From: a virus
Lineage: Duplodnaviria > Caudoviricetes
Strand: one strand, 5' to 3'
Length of the DNA: 56,899 nucleotides
IMG/VR virus record: IMGVR_UViG_3300021378_000028
Span: 1-56,899 of that record
The translations under genes were made by a program, and so were the position numbers. Positions 27,308 through 35,082 of the stretch are shown piece by piece. Under the pieces are notes generated by a model that had not been told where the DNA came from, did no database searches, and saw nothing but the letters and a program-made list of their open reading frames with translations. The stretch's first letter is position 1. The number at the start of each line of letters is the position of its first letter.

Positions 27308-29232
27308 TATTTTACCCCTCCTATGGCCGGAAGTCCGTAGCTGGCAGAGGGTATTTCTACCCCATATTCAGCGTTTAAAGCATCAAAATAGGGGTTAAAT
27401 GACTGATTTAAGTCAAATCCACCCTGTGACATCCCCATCTGAGGACCCGCAAATATATCAGTGTAATCCGTCGTACCATACGCATCAGGCCCCATCTGAC
27501 CACCCATCGGAGTAGGCTGGAAAACATTCGGATCAAATCCACCCGTGAAATCTATAGGCTTCAAGCTATACTGCCCAGGATCAAGGGCCGTGGAACTCAA
27601 AGCATCCATCGCCTGCGTATAAGCTGGCTGCGTAGGCGCCTGTATAGAGCCCAATCCAGACGAAATCCGCTTCTCACGGTCCGCTGCGTTATCTGCCAAG
27701 AACGCACGAGACTGAACACCTCGAGCATCCCGACGTAAACCCTCCGCAACACCACGTTCAGCGTCCAAATCAGCCAACGTCTTCGTCTGAGTACCCGTCA
27801 ACGTAGCAAAATCATCGCTCAACGTGTCATAATCCGTGCTCAAAGTACCGTAATTACCAAATAACTCGTCATACGTCCCTTTTAACGCAGTCTTATCCTT
27901 GTCCAACTGGTCGTAATTATCCTGCAACGTACCCAAATTACCAATCGCAGTGTTGTAATCCGTGGTCATCGTTCCGTAATTAGACGTAAGCGTGTCATAC
28001 AACCCACTTAACGTGTCATACTCACCAGCCTTCGCATCCAAATCCGCCTTGGTCGTGCCCTGTAACTCCTCAAGAGTCCCATATTGACCGCTCAACGTGT
28101 CATAAGTGCCCTGCAACGTACCATAATCCGTGGTCAACGAACCGTAATCCCCGAACAAAGTATCAAACTCGCCCTGCAAATCGCCCATCTCACCAACAGT
28201 GGAGTTGTACGTCCCCTCTAAAACACCATACGCGTCCTCCGCAGCCTTCAACTTCTCCTTGGTGTCCTCAATCGCTACAGCCTGATTGTAGTTGTAACCC
28301 AAACTTGTCGAATCATCCGACGTATCGTAATCATAACCCATCTCATCCAACAGATTTTTATAACGATCACGCTCGCGAACCTCGGCCAACAAATCAACCA
28401 ACTGACCAGAAGTCATACTCGAGTCATAAGTGGACCCATAACCAAGATCCGAAATCGCCGTCGCCGCGTTGCTACGATCCCGAGCCTCAATGTACTGATT
28501 CAAGTAGCTGTTTATATCAGCGTCATCCCCAGGCAACAAATTGTCGTACCCAAGACCCGAAATCCGATTCTGAAACTCCCCGTACAACTCGTTGTTGTAA
28601 TCGTCCTGAGTCCGATAAGAACGACCCGTGTAATCAATAGTCTGCTGACCACCAAACGTATCGTTGAAACTGTAAATCTGATCAGAACCTGGAGTGTAAA
28701 TCCCCGGATCATACGAACTAAACGTCGTATATGAAGAATCATCCTCACCCATCCAATCAGGCCGCTGATTCAATATCGCATTCGTCTGGCTCTTGTACCG
28801 CTGATATTGAGATCCGTAACCCGCGTTCTTTACATCATCACTCTCATTAGACAACCAACTGTCAAAATCCGTCGTACCCTCACGAAGACGCTGGTCATAA
28901 AACGAACGATCATCGTTCTTCATATCCGCGTCAGTAGCGTGAATCTTCTGCGTATAACCAGATACAACATGCTCCGGTATATACGAACCACGCTCCTCCG
29001 CCGTTAATCCAAACTGATCCTCGTTTAAATAATTTACATAACTACCAAACTTGTCATTAAAATCAGCGTCCGGCTTGTTCGCAGCACTCCATGTCGCAAA
29101 ATCATCAGGAGTCGGTATTACAGGAGCCGCCGCTTTTTTACCGCCGCCACCAAAAACCTCTTTTAATATCGCTCCGCCAATAACCGCCGCAAAGAAATTA
29201 AACATCAGATAAAACTCCGGTCCACACTCCAA
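27307..29232 (-). CDS. Large acidic coiled-coil protein
   Basis: 641 aa (start may be 29205); long Y-x-T-L heptad repeat region. Confidence 0.7.
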   Translation of the reverse strand: MECGPEFYLMFNFFAAVIGGAILKEVFGGGGKKAAAPVIPTPDDFATWSAANKPDADFNDKFGSYVNYLNEDQFGLTAEERGSYIPEHVVSGYTQKIHATDADMKNDDRSFYDQRLREGTTDFDSWLSNESDDVKNAGYGSQYQRYKSQTNAILNQRPDWMGEDDSSYTTFSSYDPGIYTPGSDQIYSFNDTFGGQQTIDYTGRSYRTQDDYNNELYGEFQNRISGLGYDNLLPGDDADINSYLNQYIEARDRSNAATAISDLGYGSTYDSSMTSGQLVDLLAEVRERDRYKNLLDEMGYDYDTSDDSTSLGYNYNQAVAIEDTKEKLKAAEDAYGVLEGTYNSTVGEMGDLQGEFDTLFGDYGSLTTDYGTLQGTYDTLSGQYGTLEELQGTTKADLDAKAGEYDTLSGLYDTLTSNYGTMTTDYNTAIGNLGTLQDNYDQLDKDKTALKGTYDELFGNYGTLSTDYDTLSDDFATLTGTQTKTLADLDAERGVAEGLRRDARGVQSRAFLADNAADREKRISSGLGSIQAPTQPAYTQAMDALSSTALDPGQYSLKPIDFTGGFDPNVFQPTPMGGQMGPDAYGTTDYTDIFAGPQMGMSQGGFDLNQSFNPYFDALNAEYGVEIPSASYGLPAIGGVK

Positions 29233-29284
29233 CTGTTAAACGCTTCTAACATACGTCCACCAACAAATCTACCTCGCTCCTCGG

Positions 29285-29941
29285 TCAAGCGTAATACCCA
29301 CGAGCAGCACCACCAAACGGACTAGCCTGCTGAGGTTGAGCATAAACCTGCTGCTGCCTGTTCTGAGGTTGAGCCGCACCCAACTGATTAATATATCCAC
29401 CACGGTTAGCCGTCGGACCCTCAAAAGTAGCCTGACCAACACTCGGCATCACTCCAAACTGCCTCTGAGGCATCTGACCATAAGCCTGCTGAGAACCATA
29501 ACCACCACCCATCTGCTGCATCCCGCCACCACCAGCAAAAGCCTGCGATAACAAAGCAACCAACATCTGCATCGTGTTGTTCCCCATCTGCTGATGACCA
29601 AAACCACCACCATAACCACCCTGCTGCATCGGATGACGCATCATCGGAACCTGCCGCTGCATCTGCATAGGTGCCTGACCCATGATCCCACGCTGCTGCT
29701 GACGCATCATCTGCATCATCTGCTGACGTTGCTGCTGCTCCTGCTGATGACTCTGATACGCATCACTCGACGTAAACGCAGTCTGTAACTCATTCAAACG
29801 AGCTAACTCATCCTCAGTAGGACCCAAACTCCGCTGATACTCCTGTAAAGCCATGTAATCAGCATTGTCCGCAAACGGATTCGCAGGACGCTGCGGCGCA
29901 GCCATCAAACCACCCATCTGATTTATCTGTGCAAAAGACAT
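29285..29941 (-). CDS. Gln/Met/Gly-rich low-complexity protein, first gene of the late arm
   Basis: 218-aa ORF with GAGG RBS. Confidence 0.65.
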   Translation of the reverse strand: MSFAQINQMGGLMAAPQRPANPFADNADYMALQEYQRSLGPTEDELARLNELQTAFTSSDAYQSHQQEQQQRQQMMQMMRQQQRGIMGQAPMQMQRQVPMMRHPMQQGGYGGGFGHQQMGNNTMQMLVALLSQAFAGGGGMQQMGGGYGSQQAYGQMPQRQFGVMPSVGQATFEGPTANRGGYINQLGAAQPQNRQQQVYAQPQQASPFGGAARGYYA

Positions 29942-30097
29942 GATCCTCGCTCCTCGGTTGTTGAATGCAGTTTATAACAAACCCAAATGAAAATATAGGG
30001 GCGATTTTTCTCGGTACTTGTGCACTGGATACAAGTCCAATGAAATTACCCCCGAATGATTTTACAAAACCATGTATATAAGTCGCATATAGCAGCA

Positions 30098-30160
30098 GCA
30101 CCCCCCTAAAAGGGGGGTGCGGGGGTCGGCGCCCGCGTCGCGGGCGGGCGCGGGCGGGCG
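30098..30160. other. GC-rich hairpin plus G-quadruplex-pattern element at the late/early divergence
   Basis: GCACCCCCCT-AAA-AGGGGGGTGC (30098-30120); GGGCGGGCGCGGGCGGG (30142-30158). Confidence 0.6.
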
Positions 30161-30233
30161 GAGTAACACCCAAAGATGGCGCCGGATGGATGAAATTAAT
30201 TGATAAAAATTGTAATTAATTGCGTTTTAGGTG

Positions 30234-30262
30234 TTGACTATCTGATATCTATGCCCTACATC
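30234..30262 (+). promoter_or_regulatory. Sigma70-like early promoter
   Basis: TTGACT-17 nt-TACATC with an AT-rich upstream tract. Confidence 0.55.
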
Positions 30263-30305
30263 TATAGATGTAGCAAGGACGCTACGGTCAATAAAGGAAA
30301 GAAAG

Positions 30306-30536
30306 ATGGACAAGATTGAAACACTCGGACGGATCGCGGAGCTCGAAGCTCAGATCAAAACGGCCACCAAAGAACGCGATGAGCTGCGCGTCACAGCAGT
30401 AGCCAATAGCTGGGCTACATGGTCATACACGGTTCGGATGAGCGCACCATCGCTGGCATGGTGGAAAGAGAACCGCCCAACAGTGTGGAAGAAATACGCT
30501 AAGGAAACATCTGTTAAGAAGTTCACACTGGTATAA
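30306..30536 (+). CDS. Early hypothetical protein
   Basis: AAGGAAAG RBS; 76 aa. Confidence 0.7.
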   Translation: MDKIETLGRIAELEAQIKTATKERDELRVTAVANSWATWSYTVRMSAPSLAWWKENRPTVWKKYAKETSVKKFTLV

Positions 30537-30582
30537 TTCAACGGGGGGCGGTTGCCCCCCACATTCAACAAAGGAAAGAAAG

Positions 30583-30753
30583 ATGGACAATAAAACTAAA
30601 ACAATCAAACCCCACGGGTTTTTCAACACTCCAGAGTCATTTGATGTGATCGAGGATTGGATCAATCGGCACCCCAAAGAGGATCGAATCCACTTGATGA
30701 CAGCTGCGATGATGACTTGGAACTATGCCTGCAAAGTAGCAAACGACGAATAA
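30583..30753 (+). CDS. Early hypothetical protein (56 aa; not in ORF track)
   Basis: Same leader as 30306; MDNKTKTIKPHGFFNTPES... Confidence 0.65.
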   Translation: MDNKTKTIKPHGFFNTPESFDVIEDWINRHPKEDRIHLMTAAMMTWNYACKVANDE

Positions 30754-30818
30754 ACAGACTTGTAGCCCAGTACCATCTGGGCTACACTCTACTTGTTCAA
30801 TTAGGAAAGGAAAGAACA

Positions 30819-31046
30819 ATGACTAGATCAATCAACACGATTGCAAAAGAGATTAGCGCAGACTGGAAGAAAGTCTACTTCGGCGCAGCGCCTTATCTGG
30901 ACGCGATGCACTCCCTTAACAGCATAGAAGACAATTACATCTATGATAGCGGCAAATCAGTCGTGCGTTACTTTCTGGCGAACGCTGGAACATGGCGCGG
31001 AGACACCGCCCGTCGCGTCAAGACTGAATTAAAGGCTATGCTCTAA
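30819..31046 (+). CDS. Early hypothetical protein
   Basis: AAGGAAAG RBS; MTRSINTIAKEI..DW...YFLANA.TWRG. Confidence 0.75.
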   Translation: MTRSINTIAKEISADWKKVYFGAAPYLDAMHSLNSIEDNYIYDSGKSVVRYFLANAGTWRGDTARRVKTELKAML

Positions 31047-31121
31047 TCAAACCCCGCCCCTGGCTGCTCCGATATCTGGAGTCTACGCGCCAGGGGCTTT
31101 TCTATAAGGAAGGAAAGAACA

Positions 31122-31214
31122 ATGGAAACTATATGGAACATCACGCTGGGCTTTGTCATGGGCTTGATCATTGCAACCGTGCTCTTCGGGCCCATCATCA
31201 TGGGCTGGATATAA
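31122..31214 (+). CDS. 30-aa single-TM peptide (not in ORF track)
   Basis: AAGGAAAGAACAATG leader identical to that of 30819; METIWNITLGFVMGLIIATVLFGPIIMGWI. Confidence 0.6.
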   Translation: METIWNITLGFVMGLIIATVLFGPIIMGWI

Positions 31215-31218
31215 CGCC

Positions 31219-31524
31219 ATGAAAATCACAAGCACAATCGAAAGCGGATGGCGCTACGTTTATGACGAAGACTACCAGCGAGCACAATCATATGCGGATG
31301 ATCTGGTTACCGCTGCGAGCCTTAATCAATGGCATGACAATCGAGGCACACGAGGCTGGCCCCGGGTATCACTACCCTGGGAACGAAAAGAAGATAACTT
31401 GCTGCTGCGACTACTGCGCGAGTTCGATGGGCGAGGAAAGAAAAACGTCATCGAACTATGTATCGCCCAATCGCTAGGACGCACCCCAGTATCAGTTCGC
31501 ACTCGGATCAACGCTATTCGATAA
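31219..31524 (+). CDS. Protein with C-terminal Myb/HTH-like motif
   Basis: PW..KED.LL...IAQSLGRTPVSVRTR. Confidence 0.55.
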   Translation: MKITSTIESGWRYVYDEDYQRAQSYADDLVTAASLNQWHDNRGTRGWPRVSLPWERKEDNLLLRLLREFDGRGKKNVIELCIAQSLGRTPVSVRTRINAIR

Positions 31525-31610
31525 CACATAAGAATCCCCTGGCTCTTGGGCTAATGAGCCTCTTTCCTTCGGGCCCAGGTGCGCAGCGCCTGGGCCTTTG
31601 GCGTTCGGGC

Positions 31611-31668
31611 CGCAGGGCGCAAGGCGCAAGGCTCGCTCCGCTCGCAAAAAATATGTCAAGGCGCAGGA
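31611..31668 (+). repeat. Heptamer cluster 1 (CAGGGCG/CAAGGCG)
   Basis: CGCAGGGCGCAAGGCGCAAGG...CAAGGCGCAGG. Confidence 0.75.
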
Positions 31669-31710
31669 CCGTTGCCACTTGGCAACCTTTGGCAAGTGAC
31701 AAATAACTTG

Positions 31711-31739
31711 TTGACAGCTTGTTTGCTATATGCGAAGAT
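31711..31739 (+). promoter_or_regulatory. Sigma70-like promoter
   Basis: TTGACA-17 nt-GAAGAT with TG at the extended -10 position. Confidence 0.5.
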
Positions 31740-31781
31740 GGGTCATAGGCAATCAGGCCTATCTCAACAAGGAAAGATGTT

Positions 31782-31997
31782 ATGAGAAAATCTTACGTTT
31801 CAGAAACTACCCTGAAGGTTCAAGTCGAAATCGATCTGGGCGAAATCGAAAACCTGATCAGCAGCTTGAGCGATCTGGACACCGCGGAAGGTAAAAACTA
31901 CCGCGCCAAAGAACTGGTAACAAAATTGCAAAAGCTCAAGCGCGAAGCAGCCGAGGAAGCGCGGCGCGGGTTTGAGCGGATGTTAGAGCAATCTTAA
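31782..31997 (+). CDS. Early hypothetical helical protein
   Basis: AAGGAAAG RBS; 71 aa. Confidence 0.7.
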   Translation: MRKSYVSETTLKVQVEIDLGEIENLISSLSDLDTAEGKNYRAKELVTKLQKLKREAAEEARRGFERMLEQS

Positions 31998-32005
31998 TTA
32001 GGGAG

Positions 32006-32034
32006 GGGCGGGCCAATAAGCCCGCCCATTTTTT
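32006..32034 (+). terminator. Intrinsic terminator
   Basis: GGGCGGGC-6 nt-GCCCGCCC-ATTTTTT. Confidence 0.7.
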
Positions 32035-32229
32035 ATGGCACATGGAGATCCAGCAGATCGAGGCGGCGCCGATGCTTACTATGGCAGGCTAGTCGATCCG
32101 CATTACTGGCCCGAGGGAACGTACAACGGAACCCGGATCGAGCGAGACAAGATGACTAAAACCCAGATAGAAGACTATCTCAAAGCTTACGAAAAGCAGG
32201 ACTTCTTTAAAGACTGGGGATATGAATGA
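32035..32229 (+). CDS. Hypothetical protein
   Basis: HG.P.DRG.AD.YYGR..DPHY motif seen in marine phages. Confidence 0.65.
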   Translation: MAHGDPADRGGADAYYGRLVDPHYWPEGTYNGTRIERDKMTKTQIEDYLKAYEKQDFFKDWGYE

Positions 32230-32293
32230 CGCCAGGGCCCTTCGGGGCCCTTTCGCGTCGCGCCCTGGCGCTGCGACGTAAAACAGAAAAGAC

Positions 32294-32351
32294 AAGGCGC
32301 AGGGCGCAGGGCGCAAGGCGCAGGATCGACGCGCAGGACGCAAGGCGCAGG
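32294..32351 (+). repeat. Heptamer cluster 2
   Basis: AAGGCGC AGGGCGC AGGGCGC AAGGCGC AGG...GCGCAGGACGCAAGGCGCAGG. Confidence 0.8.
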
Positions 32352-32362
32352 AAAAATAAAAC

Positions 32363-32390
32363 TTGCGGACCACTTACAATCTGCTAAACT
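32363..32390 (+). promoter_or_regulatory. Sigma70-like promoter
   Basis: TTGCGG-16 nt-TAAACT with TG extended -10. Confidence 0.5.
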
Positions 32391-32422
32391 CTAAGCATTC
32401 AACAGAGAAGGAAACAAACACC

Positions 32423-33103
32423 ATGAAAAGCGCAATCATCTACAACGGGCCAAGCCTATTGGATGGAAAGCCAATCGTCGTTATCGCGACATATTCAAAC
32501 CGCAACACCAAAACGGGGACGGTCGTGCAAACTTACATCTTGTGCCGCGACACAAACCCGCTCGAAGCTTCAAAGACTGGCGCAGACTTTTCAATTTGCG
32601 GCGATTGCACCATGCGCGGCGAAGTAACAACGGACCCGCAACGCAAGCAAGCAAAAGGGCGCCGCTGTTATGTTAACTTAGGGCAAGGCGTCTTGATTGT
32701 TTGGAAAGCATTCCAGCGTGGCGTATATAAAGACGGGCCCGCTCGGGTCATGGGCCGCGGTCGTTTCGTTCGCGTCGGGACATACGGCGATCCCGCGGCG
32801 GTCCCGTCCCACGTTTGGGACGAGCTTCTAAGTGAAGCGGACACTTGGACCGCTTATAGCCACCAATCCGGATTCCGCCCCGACATCGCGATGCAATCCG
32901 CCGACGACCACGCGCAAGCGGTCGCGCATTGGAAACAAGGACACCGGACATTCCGAGTAATCGCGGATCTAGGCGACCTAGACAAGGCGAACGAGGCCCT
33001 TTGCCCCGCGTCAAAAGAAGCTGGACGCCGCGTCCAGTGCACAGCATGCAAATTGTGCAAGGGATCCAGCCTAGCAAAATCAATCGCGATTGTGGAACAC
33101 TAA
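32423..33103 (+). CDS. Cys-rich Gp88/radical-SAM-like protein
   Basis: NxKTG, ICGDC...CY, R.GTYGDP, W.AYSH, CPA...CTACKLC motifs. Confidence 0.6.
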   Translation: MKSAIIYNGPSLLDGKPIVVIATYSNRNTKTGTVVQTYILCRDTNPLEASKTGADFSICGDCTMRGEVTTDPQRKQAKGRRCYVNLGQGVLIVWKAFQRGVYKDGPARVMGRGRFVRVGTYGDPAAVPSHVWDELLSEADTWTAYSHQSGFRPDIAMQSADDHAQAVAHWKQGHRTFRVIADLGDLDKANEALCPASKEAGRRVQCTACKLCKGSSLAKSIAIVEH

Positions 33104-33104
33104 C

Positions 33105-33128
33105 AAAAGGGGCTTCGGCCCCTTTTTT
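33105..33128. terminator. Bidirectional intrinsic terminator
   Basis: AAAAGGGGC-TTCG-GCCCCTTTTTT between convergent genes. Confidence 0.85.
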
Positions 33129-33180
33129 ATTTGTCCAACGCGCCGCTGCGCCTTGCACCGCGGACCGCGGACCGATAACA

Positions 33181-33591
33181 TCAAGGCGCAGGGCGCAGGA
33201 TACCTTCCAAAACAGGGCGCAGGGCGCAGAACAAGGACGCAGGACTGTCGACGCGCAGGACGCAGGGCGCAAGGCACCCCTGCTCAAGGACCGCGGGCCC
33301 CTGATTCCCCCCAAATAAAAGTATATCACGCTCCTTGGCCCTCTTTACCAAGAAGAAATTCGCCCCGCCACGAGCCCAATATGCCATATTCCAAGCAACT
33401 TGATGAGGCGAGAGTTTTATTGCGTTGGAGTTCGCTACCTTCAATTCCATCCAGAAGGGTAAACCGTCCCATACCAAATGGACATCAGGCACCCCGCCAC
33501 CGTGCTTGTTTTCAATCCTTGTCGCGAAGCAGTTCTTCGGAAGGTTTGTCCTCAATGAGTTCCAAAAGTTCGCCTCCGGCCCCTTGCTCAT
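33181..33591 (-). CDS. PD-(D/E)xK nuclease, Holliday junction resolvase/VRR-NUC-like
   Basis: E..FW...RIEN...GVPD...WMELK...LSPHQVAW. Confidence 0.75.
   Translation of the reverse strand: MSKGPEANFWNSLRTNLPKNCFATRIENKHGGGVPDVHLVWDGLPFWMELKVANSNAIKLSPHQVAWNMAYWARGGANFFLVKRAKERDILLFGGNQGPAVLEQGCLAPCVLRVDSPASLFCALRPVLEGILRPAP
33183..33276 (+). repeat. Heptamer cluster 3 (overlaps the 3' end of the nuclease gene)
   Basis: AAGGCGCAGGGCGCAGG...CAGGGCGCAGGGCGCAG...GCGCAGGACGCAGGGCGCAAGG. Confidence 0.8.
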
Positions 33592-34084
33592 CTGGTGTGA
33601 TATCCTTTGCTGTTCCTTCTATCACAAAAGCTTGCGGGTATTGCTTTTGCAACGCCGCCAAACGGGCAGTGATCTCATCCCGTGACATCTGGTCTATGGT
33701 GTTGATCTGCTCCCGCCTATCGACAGTCAAGCCACCCAACGCGGAGCGGATCTTCTCGGCATTGATAGCCGCAGAAAACTGGCCCGCCTCTTCGGCGCCC
33801 GCTGACAGTTGATACAGCCGTTGAAGCTGACCGATAGTGGAGACACCATAACGCCGCTGTCGCTCCTCTCGGAGCTCGGTTACATACTCCAAAACGTGCG
33901 GGTAGTCTCTTCCATTAAGAAGCTTGGACGCACTGGTGTTGGCAACCTCGGCAGAATAACCTGCCTTGCGGGCTGCTTCGGCGTTTGAGTATATGCCCTC
34001 GACAATGTGCCTTGCGAAGGTGCGTTGTCGGTTGGTCAGCGTCCGACCATGTTCCTCTTCGATCTTCTGTTCAAGCTTTCCCAT
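33512..34084 (-). CDS. terS: Terminase small subunit
   Basis: LT.RQ..FA...N.AEAARKAGYS...ASKLL...V.EY..ELR HTH typical of TerS; start taken at MGKLEQ. Confidence 0.8.
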   Translation of the reverse strand: MGKLEQKIEEEHGRTLTNRQRTFARHIVEGIYSNAEAARKAGYSAEVANTSASKLLNGRDYPHVLEYVTELREERQRRYGVSTIGQLQRLYQLSAGAEEAGQFSAAINAEKIRSALGGLTVDRREQINTIDQMSRDEITARLAALQKQYPQAFVIEGTAKDITPDEQGAGGELLELIEDKPSEELLRDKD

Positions 34085-34170
34085 GGTCACCCCGTTGTTG
34101 TTATCCAACAATCTATACCAAGTGATTGGCTCTTTCAACTTTCCTATATAGCGATTTTTTCCCAGCGAAG

Positions 34171-34293
34171 TGTCATCAGATGTCATCAGGTGTCATCACT
34201 TCTGGGCTGTTTAAGCACTGTAAATAAGGGGGTGATGACAGTGATGACGGTGATGACACCATATTTGAATGAAAAAAAAAAAAAAAAAAAAAA
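34171..34293. other. Putative replication origin: inverted iteron triplets plus A22 tract
   Basis: TGTCATCA at 34171, 34181, 34191; TGATGAC(A/G) at 34233, 34242, 34251; poly-A 34272-34293; strand composition switches here. Confidence 0.6.
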
Positions 34294-34348
34294 TCTCTGG
34301 GGAAGTGTCTATAGTGTAACTCGCGTAACCGCTGCTTGCAAAAAGTCC

Positions 34349-34377
34349 TTGACCCGAGGACCGAGGTGCAATAGCTT
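34349..34377 (+). promoter_or_regulatory. Sigma70-like promoter
   Basis: TTGACC-17 nt-TAGCTT upstream of 34415. Confidence 0.5.
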
Positions 34378-34414
34378 GCATGTATTCAACAAGTAAACAA
34401 GGAAGGAAAGACTT

Positions 34415-34918
34415 ATGAAACTTGAATTAAAATCTATCAAGCATACTGCGTGGGCTTCTGAGGAGACTCATTGTTATCAGGCCAATCTATATGTGGATGG
34501 CAAGCCTGTTGCTGTTGTGAGTAATGATGGTCATGGTGGTTGTGACCGTGACTATGATCATCCTAAGTTCAAGGGTGACAGTCGTGATTACCGTTTGGTA
34601 ATGAAATCTATTGAAGAGTATTTTGAATCGTTGCCTCCTTCACCTTTTAGTTATGAGGACGCGTATGGTGTTATGGTTCATGATACTTTGCCTCAGACGT
34701 TGGAGTCGTGGTGTTGTGATCAAGTCAATGATTTTTTGACGGGTCGTGAATTGAAGCGCAAGCTGAAGAGCAACATTTTGTTTCAGAAGGAGGGTGAAGA
34801 TGGTGTGTATGGCTCCAAGTATTATCCTACTGTGACTGACGGCTCGTGGGTCAATGGCCGTCGGATCTTGAACGACATGCCGTTTGCTGATGCGTTAGAG
34901 ATTTGGAAGGCGACATAA
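34415..34918 (+). CDS. Hypothetical protein
   Basis: SEETHCYQANLYVDGK...NDGHGG motif; AAGGAAAG RBS. Confidence 0.75.
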   Translation: MKLELKSIKHTAWASEETHCYQANLYVDGKPVAVVSNDGHGGCDRDYDHPKFKGDSRDYRLVMKSIEEYFESLPPSPFSYEDAYGVMVHDTLPQTLESWCCDQVNDFLTGRELKRKLKSNILFQKEGEDGVYGSKYYPTVTDGSWVNGRRILNDMPFADALEIWKAT

Positions 34919-35082
34919 TGGTTTTGCCAAATTTAGAGTTTGCAGTGTTGCGTGTTGCGATTGATCATATGATTGAGCATCTGGAGGATGTTTGGTTGGA
35001 CAGTGATGCGGAGCCTTGGGAGCATGAGGAGCTTCACAGTAGGTTGGAAGCCGCCAAGCGATTGAAGGAGCGGTTTTCATGA
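34918..35082 (+). CDS. Hypothetical protein (54 aa; not in ORF track)
   Basis: TAATG and ATGA overlaps at both ends; MVLPNLEFAVLRVAIDHMIEHLED... Confidence 0.6.
   Translation: MVLPNLEFAVLRVAIDHMIEHLEDVWLDSDAEPWEHEELHSRLEAAKRLKERFS

Noticed and set aside
32748-33812. ORFs 32748..33329 (-), 32929..33318 (+), 33090..33812 (+)
   Set aside because: They cross a bidirectional terminator and the heptamer repeats and overlap better-supported genes
34007-34396. 129-aa ORF with poly-Lys
   Set aside because: Reads through the iterons and A22 tract; no RBS; better explained as origin-like DNA
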